Below are positions 24,948 to 32,000 of a DNA stretch of 32,000 nt, in pieces (within the stretch, counting starts at the first letter, position 1; every line of letters starts with the position of its first letter). Under the pieces are notes generated by a model. That model made no database searches and was not told where the DNA came from. It saw only the letters and a program-made list of their open reading frames with translations. A program made the position numbers and the translations under genes. The stretch is taken from positions 2,040,001-2,072,000 of the forward strand of contig NC_014972.1 in the NCBI RefSeq assembly GCF_000186885.1. The letters are read 5' to 3'. The stretch is from Desulfobulbus propionicus DSM 2032 (GTDB lineage Bacteria > Desulfobacterota > Desulfobulbia > Desulfobulbales > Desulfobulbaceae).

Positions 24948-25778
24948 TCACCGCTTCGGCTTTGGCCGCAACTCGGGACAGGCGGAATTGGAATATTCAA
25001 CCAGTTCCGCCACCAGCGAACCGACCACGATTTTGGAATGAATTTCCACCGGGACCCGGCAGCGATCATCGGTCAGCCAGAGAATGGTGTCGCCGCTTTT
25101 TTCGTACAACCCCTTGAACCGCATCTTGGGCTGGACCTTGAGCGTGTCCCGTTCACCGAACAGGGTGGGTCGTTTTTCCCGTTCCGTGGCCGAAACCCGT
25201 ACTTCATGACGTTTTTTGTCGGCAAAGGTGGGTACGACTATGTTGCCTTCTCCTTTGAAAGCCAAGGCCCTGGTGATGATGAACGAGGCAAACTCGTTAT
25301 ACACCGTGCCGTCTAAACGAAAGGTCTGTTGCGGCTCCTTGTTTTTCCGATATCGGACCTCAAGCTTCTGCTGATCGTACAAGGTCAGCCGGGTAGTCTC
25401 CCTGCCATACCCTTCTTTTTGCTCCACTTCATACCGATAGGGCAATTTCATCGGCCCGCCGACAAAACAGCGGAACGTATCATTCACCGGATAGATCAAT
25501 GAAAGCGGTCCATAGTCCTTGACATGCGCTGAAATGACAAACTGCTGATTCTTTGTCTGATTCGGACGGATCCGCATGGAGATATCACCGATTTTCACCC
25601 CGCCACTCCAGGAGACCGAATAATGCAGGGTTTCGTCGCCCGAAAAAATAACGGCGAGCGTGGCCATATCCACCTGGTCAGGTTGGAGTTCGACCGTTTG
25701 TTGCGCCTCCGCAGCGATATTGGCGGTGAACAACCAGAGGCCAAGGAAAAACGTCGAGATGGTCCGCAGGGTCAGCAT
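24948..25778 (-). CDS. Secreted DUF3108-like protein
   Basis: The signal peptide is 'MLTLRTISTFFLGLWLFTANIAA/EA'. 'LHYSVSWSGGVKIGD' and 'ILWLTDDRCRVPVEIHSKIVVGSLVAELV' fit my recollection of DUF3108. The ATG at 25778 lies 1 nt after the ubiA-like stop; the longer start at 25814 is rejected. Confidence 0.65.
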   Translation of the reverse strand: MLTLRTISTFFLGLWLFTANIAAEAQQTVELQPDQVDMATLAVIFSGDETLHYSVSWSGGVKIGDISMRIRPNQTKNQQFVISAHVKDYGPLSLIYPVNDTFRCFVGGPMKLPYRYEVEQKEGYGRETTRLTLYDQQKLEVRYRKNKEPQQTFRLDGTVYNEFASFIITRALAFKGEGNIVVPTFADKKRHEVRVSATEREKRPTLFGERDTLKVQPKMRFKGLYEKSGDTILWLTDDRCRVPVEIHSKIVVGSLVAELVEYSNSACPELRPKPKR

Positions 25779-25779
25779 G

Positions 25780-26637
25780 TCAGGAAGCGGTGGCCAACGC
25801 CAGCCAGGTGGCACAGAAGAGCGTCAGGGAAATCAGGCCGTTCATGGAGAAAAAGGACTGACGGATGCGGGACAGGTCTTTGGGCGTGACAATGATATGC
25901 TGATAGAACAGGGCAGCGGCGGTGATAGCCAATCCGCCGTAATACCAGAGGTTGAGCTCCGCCTGCAGACCGGTGAGGGTGAAAAGGCAAAAAGCCAGCA
26001 CATGGAACAACACGGCCACGCGAAAACCGTTGCGGCGGCCAAAGATGGCCGGCATCGAATATAATCCGGCCTCGCGGTCGAAATCGGCGTCGAGGCAGGC
26101 GTAGATGCAATCGAAACCGGCCACCCAGAACAGAACACCGAGCGACAGTATCCAGGGGTATCCTTCCAGGCTGGCGGACACGGCCACCCAGCCGCCGAGC
26201 GGCGAAAAGGCCAGAGCCACCCCGAGCACCACATGGCAGAGCCAGGTGAATCGCTTGGTCAGCGAATAGAAAAGTGTCAATCCCAACGCAAAGGGAGCGA
26301 TCTTGAGCGCCAGGGGGTTGAGCATGAAACAGGCGAAAAAAAACAGCGCGCTGGCCAACACGACCATGCCCCAGGATTCCAGCAGGGTGACCTGGCCGGC
26401 AGGCAGGGCCCTTTGGGCGGTGCGCGGATTGGCGGCGTCAAACCGGCGGTCGACAATGCGGTTGAAGCCCATGGCACTGGTTCGCGCGCCCACCATGGCC
26501 AGGATCACCCACCAGAAGACGGCCGCGTCGGGGACTCCCCGGCCAGCGAGAAAAGCGCCCATGAGGGCAAAGGGCATGGCGAAGACAGTGTGCTTGAATT
26601 TGATCATCTCAAGCAGGACGGCAATTTTGTTCCACAT
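25780..26637 (-). CDS. UbiA-family aromatic prenyltransferase (MqnP-like, menaquinone via futalosine)
   Basis: The protein is polytopic and membrane-embedded. 'ARTSAMGFNRIVDRRFDAANPRT' is the first Asp-rich motif (N..D...D) and 'FDCIYACLDADFD' is the second. The start MWNK at 26637 lies 2 nt after the ubiX-like stop; the ORF extension to 26952 is rejected. Confidence 0.8.
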   Translation of the reverse strand: MWNKIAVLLEMIKFKHTVFAMPFALMGAFLAGRGVPDAAVFWWVILAMVGARTSAMGFNRIVDRRFDAANPRTAQRALPAGQVTLLESWGMVVLASALFFFACFMLNPLALKIAPFALGLTLFYSLTKRFTWLCHVVLGVALAFSPLGGWVAVSASLEGYPWILSLGVLFWVAGFDCIYACLDADFDREAGLYSMPAIFGRRNGFRVAVLFHVLAFCLFTLTGLQAELNLWYYGGLAITAAALFYQHIIVTPKDLSRIRQSFFSMNGLISLTLFCATWLALATAS

Positions 26638-26639
26638 GG

Positions 26640-27212
26640 TCAGATTCCCTGCCAACGGCTCATGGTTGCGGCCGGCACAGCGATCCCGAGAAGATCGCAC
26701 AGACGGGCGGCATAGTTGCGGGCCATTTCGTCCATATCCTTGGGATGGGTATAAAAAGAGGGCATGGGCGGACAGAGGATGGCGCCAGCATCGTGCGCCG
26801 CCAGCATATTGGTCAGATGGGTCCGATTGAGCGGGGTTTCCCGCACGGCCAGCAGCAGGGGGCGCCGCTCCTTGAGGGTGACATCGGCGGCGCGGTGCAC
26901 CAAATTGCCACAGTAGCCGCCGGCAATGGCGGCCAAGCTGCCGACCGTGCACGGCAGGACCACCATGGCATCGTAGAGGGCCGAACCCGAGGCTGGTGGG
27001 GCCGCAAAATCATCCGACGCAAACCAGCGGGAAACCAGCGGCAACTGCTCCGGCGTCCATCCCAGTTCAAAACGCAACACCTTGCGGCCCGATTCCGAGA
27101 TGATGCCATGCACCTCGACCTGTTGCTCCGCCAGCAGTTGCAGAAGTGCCGGTACATAGAGCATGCCGGAGGCGCCGGTGATGGCGAGAATAAGACGCCG
27201 ACAGCCTGCCAT
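26640..27212 (-). CDS. ubiX: UbiX-family flavin prenyltransferase (MqnM-like)
   Basis: 'LILAITGASG', 'VVLPCTVGSLAAIAGG', 'NLVHRAADVTLKERRPLLL' and 'RETPL' match the UbiX/Pad1 family. Confidence 0.85.
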   Translation of the reverse strand: MAGCRRLILAITGASGMLYVPALLQLLAEQQVEVHGIISESGRKVLRFELGWTPEQLPLVSRWFASDDFAAPPASGSALYDAMVVLPCTVGSLAAIAGGYCGNLVHRAADVTLKERRPLLLAVRETPLNRTHLTNMLAAHDAGAILCPPMPSFYTHPKDMDEMARNYAARLCDLLGIAVPAATMSRWQGI

Positions 27213-27931
27213 CAGTCCTTGACCCCGATGTAGATGGACACGATGCCAAAAGTCAGCGGGATGCGCGACACGGTGGCGAATCCCGCTTCACGCATCATGG
27301 CCAGCAGTTGGTCCGGTTCGTAGAAGGCGGCAATCGAGGAAGCCAGATACTGATACGCTTCCTTGTCGCCGGAAATCATCCCGGCGATCGCCGGCAGGAT
27401 GCGATTGAGGTAAAAGGTGTAGATCGGCTTGATGATCGGATTGGTCGGTCGGGAAAATTCAAGAATCAATAGTTTGCCGGAAGGCCTGAGAACGCGGTGC
27501 ATCTCCCGCAACCCCTGCAAGGTCCGAGACAGGTTGCGCACCCCGAAGGCCACGGTGCAACCCCAGAAGGCATCAGAAGGCGCAGGGATGAGTTCGCCAT
27601 CGCCGCAAACCGGAAAGATGCGGGGGGTACGGTCATCATTGGGCAGGGCCTTGGCTCCGGCGCGCAACATGTCCTCGCAAAAATCAACGGCCAGGACCTT
27701 GCGTTGGGCCGCCTGGCGGGTGAGCTCCAGGGACAGGGGCAGGGTCCCGGCGCACAGGTCAAGCACCCATCCCTGGGGAAACTGCCTCAGCAGACGGGTG
27801 GTCCGCCAGCGCCAGTAACGGTCGATTTGCAGGGAAAGCAGCGAGTTGAGCAAATCGTAGCGATGGCTGATCGAAGAGAATTTTTCCCGGACAAATTGTT
27901 TCTTTTCGTCGGGAAGGGTCATCTTTTCCAT
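27212..27931 (-). CDS. ubiE: Demethylmenaquinone/ubiquinone C-methyltransferase (UbiE/MenG family)
   Basis: 'VREKFSSISHRYDLLNSLLSLQIDRYWR', 'VLDLCAGT' (the SAM motif), 'AFGVRNL' and 'VLRPSGKLLILEFS' match. The start MEKM is at 27931. The stop overlaps the ubiX start by 1 nt. Confidence 0.85.
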   Translation of the reverse strand: MEKMTLPDEKKQFVREKFSSISHRYDLLNSLLSLQIDRYWRWRTTRLLRQFPQGWVLDLCAGTLPLSLELTRQAAQRKVLAVDFCEDMLRAGAKALPNDDRTPRIFPVCGDGELIPAPSDAFWGCTVAFGVRNLSRTLQGLREMHRVLRPSGKLLILEFSRPTNPIIKPIYTFYLNRILPAIAGMISGDKEAYQYLASSIAAFYEPDQLLAMMREAGFATVSRIPLTFGIVSIYIGVKD

Positions 27932-27974
27932 GCACTTTCCTTGATAACGAGCGGAGAAAGGGTGCTCATTGTCG

Positions 27975-28799
27975 TTATCTGAATATTTTGAGCGGCAGAG
28001 CGCCGGCCGGTGCCTCGCCCCGGTCAATCAGGTATTGAAAAAACCGCTCGAGGGCCTGGATCTTGATTGGCGTCAGGTCGTGTTCAATGCCCATGAGATA
28101 ACGGGAGCAGGTTTCGCAATCCATGGGGATCCGTCGTGCTACCCGATCGCAGATCTCGGCCATGCGCAAGGCGCCCTGTTGGCGGCAGTCTACCAGGGCC
28201 TGGCGGACTTGCCGGGCCTCTTCGGCCTGATCGGCAAGAAAAGCCTCACGAACCGCGCAAACGCTGAAAACAAAAGGCAGCCCGGTGGTTTTAAACCAGA
28301 TCTCACCGAGATCCAACTGCACGGGATAGCGTTGTTCGGCGTTGAGGCGAAGGGCGTCGTCGCCAATCGCAAGCACGGCGTTGGCCGCGCCCTCCTTGGT
28401 CTGCTCGTTGTACGCATCTCCCACCGTGTAGCGAGGCCGAACGCGGTAAAATTCTTCCAGAATGATCTTGACCAGACGGATCGAGGTGTCCGATTGCCGG
28501 GTAAGCAGCACCCGCTGGCCGTCCAGCGATTCCGGCGGCAGCTCGGAAAACAGGAAAACGCTGCCCACCGGCCCGGTGGCGCTGATCGAGAGATCGGCCA
28601 AAATCTGGTACCGTTCCGGCCGGGCGGCATAGGCATAGGAAGAGACAAATCCCATGTCGATCCCCTCCTCGGCCAGCAGCACGTTCAAGCGACTCGGCTG
28701 CTCCTCGATCACTTGCCAGTGGGTTGGAAAAGACCGTTCCTTCCAAATCTCATAGATGGGAGCAACGTTGATGTAGTTGACCATGCCGATACGCGCCAT
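27975..28799 (-). CDS. mqnA: Chorismate dehydratase MqnA (futalosine pathway)
   Basis: 'MARIGMVNYINVAPIY' is the MqnA-type N-terminus, as opposed to the 'SPCPNDT' of MqnD, and the fold is VitK2-biosynthesis/PBP-like. An alternative start at 28817 (ATGAGTGA) overlaps the upstream stop. Confidence 0.75.
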   Translation of the reverse strand: MARIGMVNYINVAPIYEIWKERSFPTHWQVIEEQPSRLNVLLAEEGIDMGFVSSYAYAARPERYQILADLSISATGPVGSVFLFSELPPESLDGQRVLLTRQSDTSIRLVKIILEEFYRVRPRYTVGDAYNEQTKEGAANAVLAIGDDALRLNAEQRYPVQLDLGEIWFKTTGLPFVFSVCAVREAFLADQAEEARQVRQALVDCRQQGALRMAEICDRVARRIPMDCETCSRYLMGIEHDLTPIKIQALERFFQYLIDRGEAPAGALPLKIFR

Positions 28800-28809
28800 G
28801 TTCCGTGCC

Positions 28810-30033
28810 TCACTCATTGATCCGTGCCAGGCGGATGGCAGGGCCGGCACTCACTAAATATCGACAGACCTGCAACGCCTCGGTTGCCGGCCCAGGCAGC
28901 TGTACGGCCAGCAGATCGGCCTCCTTGCCCGAGTCCAGTGTGCCAAGAAGATCTCCCAGACTAAGGGCTTCGGCCCCACCCCGGGTGGCCATGGCGAAAA
29001 CAATCGTCGGGTCGACGTCCATGAAATTGGCCGCCAGGAGAGCCATCTCCCGCCACAGGGAAACCTCCGGGTTACTGGCCAAGCTGTCCGTGCCCAAGGC
29101 CGGCAAAATCCCTCTGTCCAGATACTGGCGCAACGGAGCGGTGCCCACGCCAAGGAATTGGTTGCTGCCTGGACAGAGGCAAACCTTGGCCCCTTCTCCT
29201 GCCAGGATATCGATCTCCTCGCCGGAGACATGCACCCCGTGGATACAGAGCGTATGCTCATCGATCAAACCAAGATCGTACAGGTATTCAACCGTGCCGC
29301 CTCTGCCCCTGGGGACAAAGGTGCCGTCCCAGAACCCGCGTTCACGAATGAAGTCCACCATCTCTCCCCTGCCTTCACGGAGCATCTCGCCTTCCGCGGC
29401 GGGCTCGGCGGCATGGATGGGAAAAATCTGGCCGTGCGAGGTTGCTCGTGCCTTGAGGGCCTGCAAAAGACGCGGATGGGTGGAGTACGGCGCATGGCCC
29501 GAACACAAGACTTCCTCCGGCTCGCTCCCCAGCCGCTGCAAGTTCTTCTCCAGGGTCCGCTCGGCCATACCCAGGTATTCCTTGAACGGCAACAAACGAC
29601 CGGGAAAGCTGTCGGCCATCTCACGGCCAAGGGCGGTGTTGCCGATATCGGCAAGGACACTGACCCCGCTGCGATACTGCTGCTCGGCTGTTTGGGCGGC
29701 GGCGTGCTGGGCCTGTTCGCCGGTGGCGCCCAATCGGTCACGGCACTGCAGCAACCGACTGATCCAGCCGGTAAAACTTGCCGGTCGGGACTCGCTCAAC
29801 TCGAGCAGATGCGACAATTCAAGATGGATATGGGCATTGATCAGGGCTGGTGTCAGGGCACTGGCGGGATGATCGACGATCTCGGCATGAGGATACAGTT
29901 GACGCAACCGGGGCAACGCCTCGACCGCGATGATTTTTCCCCCGGAAACACCGACACCACCATCGGCAATCATCGGCCGACTGACCGGAACCACCCAGGG
30001 CGCGCTGTGGATGCGGATCGGTGCGGCACCCAT
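28810..30033 (-). CDS. Amidohydrolase-superfamily deaminase (candidate aminodeoxyfutalosine deaminase)
   Basis: The metal-binding 'LINAHIHLELS' (HxH), 'HAAE', 'CIHGVH' and 'LGTDS' match cytosine/guanine/adenosine-deaminase-like amidohydrolases. The gene is directly abutted (TAGATG) to mqnC. Confidence 0.7.
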   Translation of the reverse strand: MGAAPIRIHSAPWVVPVSRPMIADGGVGVSGGKIIAVEALPRLRQLYPHAEIVDHPASALTPALINAHIHLELSHLLELSESRPASFTGWISRLLQCRDRLGATGEQAQHAAAQTAEQQYRSGVSVLADIGNTALGREMADSFPGRLLPFKEYLGMAERTLEKNLQRLGSEPEEVLCSGHAPYSTHPRLLQALKARATSHGQIFPIHAAEPAAEGEMLREGRGEMVDFIRERGFWDGTFVPRGRGGTVEYLYDLGLIDEHTLCIHGVHVSGEEIDILAGEGAKVCLCPGSNQFLGVGTAPLRQYLDRGILPALGTDSLASNPEVSLWREMALLAANFMDVDPTIVFAMATRGGAEALSLGDLLGTLDSGKEADLLAVQLPGPATEALQVCRYLVSAGPAIRLARINE

Positions 30034-31095
30034 CTAGCAAACCGGGGTATAATCCATCAACCGCTGCTGCGGCTCAAAGCCGGCATCGCGGACCAATCGC
30101 CTAATCTCCTCTTCTGAAAGGCGAAAATGGACGCCGGCCGCGGCCACCACATTTTCCTCGATCATGGTCGAGCCGAAGTCGTTGGCGCCAAAAAAGAGGG
30201 AAAGCTGGGCGATCTTCGGTCCTTGCGTTACCCAAGAGGCTTGAATGTTGGCGATATTGTCGAGGAAGATACGGCTCAAGGCTAGCATGCGCAGATAGCT
30301 GACCGCAGTGGTCTTCTCGATGCGGCGGGCCGCAGCCAATGGAGTGTGGTCGGGTTGAAAGGGCCAGGGAATGAAGGCGGTGAACCCACCGGTGCGGTCC
30401 TGGAGGTCGCGGACCCGCTGCAGGTGCTCCAGCCGCTCTTCCATGGTTTCGATGTGGCCGAACATCATGGTGGCCGTGGTTCGCAAGCCCTGGCGATGCG
30501 CTTGTTCCATGATCCCGATCCACTGGTCGGCGCTGCATTTTTTGGGCGCCAACTCCTGCCTGACCCGGTCGCACAGAATCTCGGCGCCGCCGCCGGGGAT
30601 GGAATCAAGACCGGCAGCGATCAACCGCTCAAGGACCGTGGCGATTGGCAACCCGGACAGTTGGGCGAAATGGTGGATCTCGGGGGGGGAAAAACCGTGG
30701 ACATGGATGCCGGTGGTTTTGATGAACCGCAGCATTTCCTCGTAAAACTCCAGCGGCTTGTCCGGATGCAATCCGCCCTGCAATAAAATTTGCGTGCCGC
30801 CGAGAGCCTGGGTCTCGTGTATCTTGTCAGCCAATTGCTCTCGCGTCAGCACCTCGCCGTGCGGGTCGTCCGGAGCCTTGAAAAAGGCACAGAACTTACA
30901 GGCCGAGATACAGACGTCGGTATAGTTGATATTGCGGTCAATCACATAGGTGACCACCGGCCGCGGATGGAGTCGGCGGCGCACACCATCGGCGAGCATG
31001 CCGAGCTGGTGCAGGTCAGCGTCACGCGTCAAACGGAGGAATGCCTCCCCTTCGATACGCTCCCCGGCTTCTATCTTGGCAATGAGGTTCCGCAT
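30034..31095 (-). CDS. mqnC: Cyclic dehypoxanthinyl futalosine synthase MqnC-like (radical SAM)
   Basis: 'NINYTDVCISACKFCAF' carries CxxxCxxC. 'TATMMFGHIET', 'FIPWPFQP' and 'SWVTQG' are features I associate with MqnC rather than MqnE. The MqnC/MqnE assignment needs HMM confirmation. Confidence 0.7.
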   Translation of the reverse strand: MRNLIAKIEAGERIEGEAFLRLTRDADLHQLGMLADGVRRRLHPRPVVTYVIDRNINYTDVCISACKFCAFFKAPDDPHGEVLTREQLADKIHETQALGGTQILLQGGLHPDKPLEFYEEMLRFIKTTGIHVHGFSPPEIHHFAQLSGLPIATVLERLIAAGLDSIPGGGAEILCDRVRQELAPKKCSADQWIGIMEQAHRQGLRTTATMMFGHIETMEERLEHLQRVRDLQDRTGGFTAFIPWPFQPDHTPLAAARRIEKTTAVSYLRMLALSRIFLDNIANIQASWVTQGPKIAQLSLFFGANDFGSTMIEENVVAAAGVHFRLSEEEIRRLVRDAGFEPQQRLMDYTPVC

Positions 31096-31100
31096 GGCGC

Positions 31101-32000
31101 TCAGAAGGTGGCAAGAACGTTATAGAGTGTGTCGCGCTGCACCGGTTGGCGACCGGCCTCGTGGATCAGCCGGATCAGGGTTTTGTGCCCCAGAGCCTGT
31201 TCGGTTTCCGCCCCGGCCATGTGGGTGATCACTTCTTCCTTGACCGTGCCGTCCATGTCGTCGGCGCCAAAGGCAAGGGCCACTTGAGCCAGCTTGGGAC
31301 CGACCATCACCCAATAGGCTTTGATGTGCGGAAAGTTGTCGAGCATCAGCCGACTGACCGCGATATTTTTCAGATCGTTGATGCCGCTGGTATTGGAATG
31401 CTCGGCCATCTCAGTGTTTTTTGGATGAAAGGCCAAGGGAATGAAGGCAAGGAAACCACCGGTTTCATCCTGGGTGTGACGCAGGGCATCAAGATGTTCC
31501 AGTCGTTCATCGATGGACTCGATATGGCCATACAGCATAGTGGCATTGGTGCGCAGTCCCAACCGGTGAGCGGTCCGCGCCACCTCAAGCCACCCTTCCC
31601 CGGAAAGCTTTCTCTCGCAGGTCAGGCGGCGGATACGCGGGCTGAACACTTCAGCCCCGCCGCCGGGCATTGACCCAAGGCCGGCCGCCATCAGCTCCTC
31701 AAGGGTCGTATCGACCGGTTTGCCGGCCAGCTGAGCCAGGTGGTGGATCTCCACACAGGTGAAAGCCTGGATGTGTACCTCGGGGCGAACGTCCTTGATA
31801 CCGCGCAACAAATCGAGATAATAGGAAAAAGGCAGATCGGGATGAATGCCGCCAACCACATGGATCTCGGTGATCGGTTCATCGAGCCGCTGCCGGACCT
31901 TCTCCTTGACCTCCTCGATGCTCATCTCATAGGCAAGGGCATGCCCCTTTTCCTTGCCAAAGGCGCAGAATTTACAGAGATTGGTGCAAATATTGGAATA
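31101..32000 (-). CDS. mqnE: Aminofutalosine synthase MqnE-like (radical SAM), N-terminus outside window
   Basis: The frame is open to base 32000. 'NICTNLCKFCAF' carries CxxxCxxC. 'NATMLYGHIES', 'FIPLAFHP' and 'YWVMVG' are features I associate with MqnE. Confidence 0.7.
   Translation of the reverse strand, partial: YSNICTNLCKFCAFGKEKGHALAYEMSIEEVKEKVRQRLDEPITEIHVVGGIHPDLPFSYYLDLLRGIKDVRPEVHIQAFTCVEIHHLAQLAGKPVDTTLEELMAAGLGSMPGGGAEVFSPRIRRLTCERKLSGEGWLEVARTAHRLGLRTNATMLYGHIESIDERLEHLDALRHTQDETGGFLAFIPLAFHPKNTEMAEHSNTSGINDLKNIAVSRLMLDNFPHIKAYWVMVGPKLAQVALAFGADDMDGTVKEEVITHMAGAETEQALGHKTLIRLIHEAGRQPVQRDTLYNVLATF

Noticed and set aside
26638-26952. Extension of the UbiA-like ORF to 26952, and of the protease ORF to 20139
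   Set aside because: Both extensions overlap well-supported upstream genes (ubiX-like and the hydrogenase large subunit). Internal ATGs placed at the upstream stop codons give the expected protein N-termini.
28805-30117. Plus-strand ORFs of 355 aa and 319 aa
   Set aside because: They are antisense to the amidohydrolase gene of the mqn operon. The translations are Pro/Arg/Ser-rich with no domain signatures.

Overview
This is a GC-rich chromosomal segment that is almost entirely housekeeping. I call 36 protein-coding genes, packed tightly, with many start/stop overlaps. I found no rRNA, tRNA, CRISPR array, transposase, integrase or phage genes. The gene content points to an anaerobic Desulfobacterota/Geobacter-like organism, but that attribution is inference only. 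The supporting genes are a 2-oxoacid:ferredoxin oxidoreductase, adjacent lysC-cimA, a futalosine-type menaquinone operon and a cytoplasmic [NiFe]-hydrogenase.

Layout from left to right:
- korA(partial)-korB-korC plus an Isf-type iron-sulfur flavoprotein (+).
- A zinc-ribbon gene plus a tandem DUF4388-like gene (+).
- trmL-serC-radical SAM-rlmN (-).
- lysC-cimA-comEA-miaA-recJ (+).
- purB-DUF4911-miaB-PHP-radical SAM paralog (+).
- [NiFe]-hydrogenase small subunit, large subunit, maturation protease and a GGDEF diguanylate cyclase (-).
- An S4-domain gene (+), purC (-) and two hsp20 genes (+).
- mqnE(partial)-mqnC-amidohydrolase-mqnA-menG/ubiE-ubiX-like-ubiA-like-DUF3108 (-).

The most interesting system is the Tat-less hydrogenase operon whose last, translationally overlapped gene is a sensor-domain-less diguanylate cyclase. 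This suggests an H2-to-c-di-GMP signalling module, of a class that as far as I recall is only predicted and not characterised.

Secondary leads:
- Two paralogous orphan radical SAM genes embedded in RNA-modification operons.
- A 13-bp perfect hairpin that buries the start codon of one of those radical SAM genes.
- A structured ~300-nt lysC leader.
- A possible small RNA or attenuator between purC and hsp20.
- A secreted DUF3108 protein coupled to the menaquinone prenyltransferase.

All calls rest on reading the translations and sequence by eye. No database searches were run.
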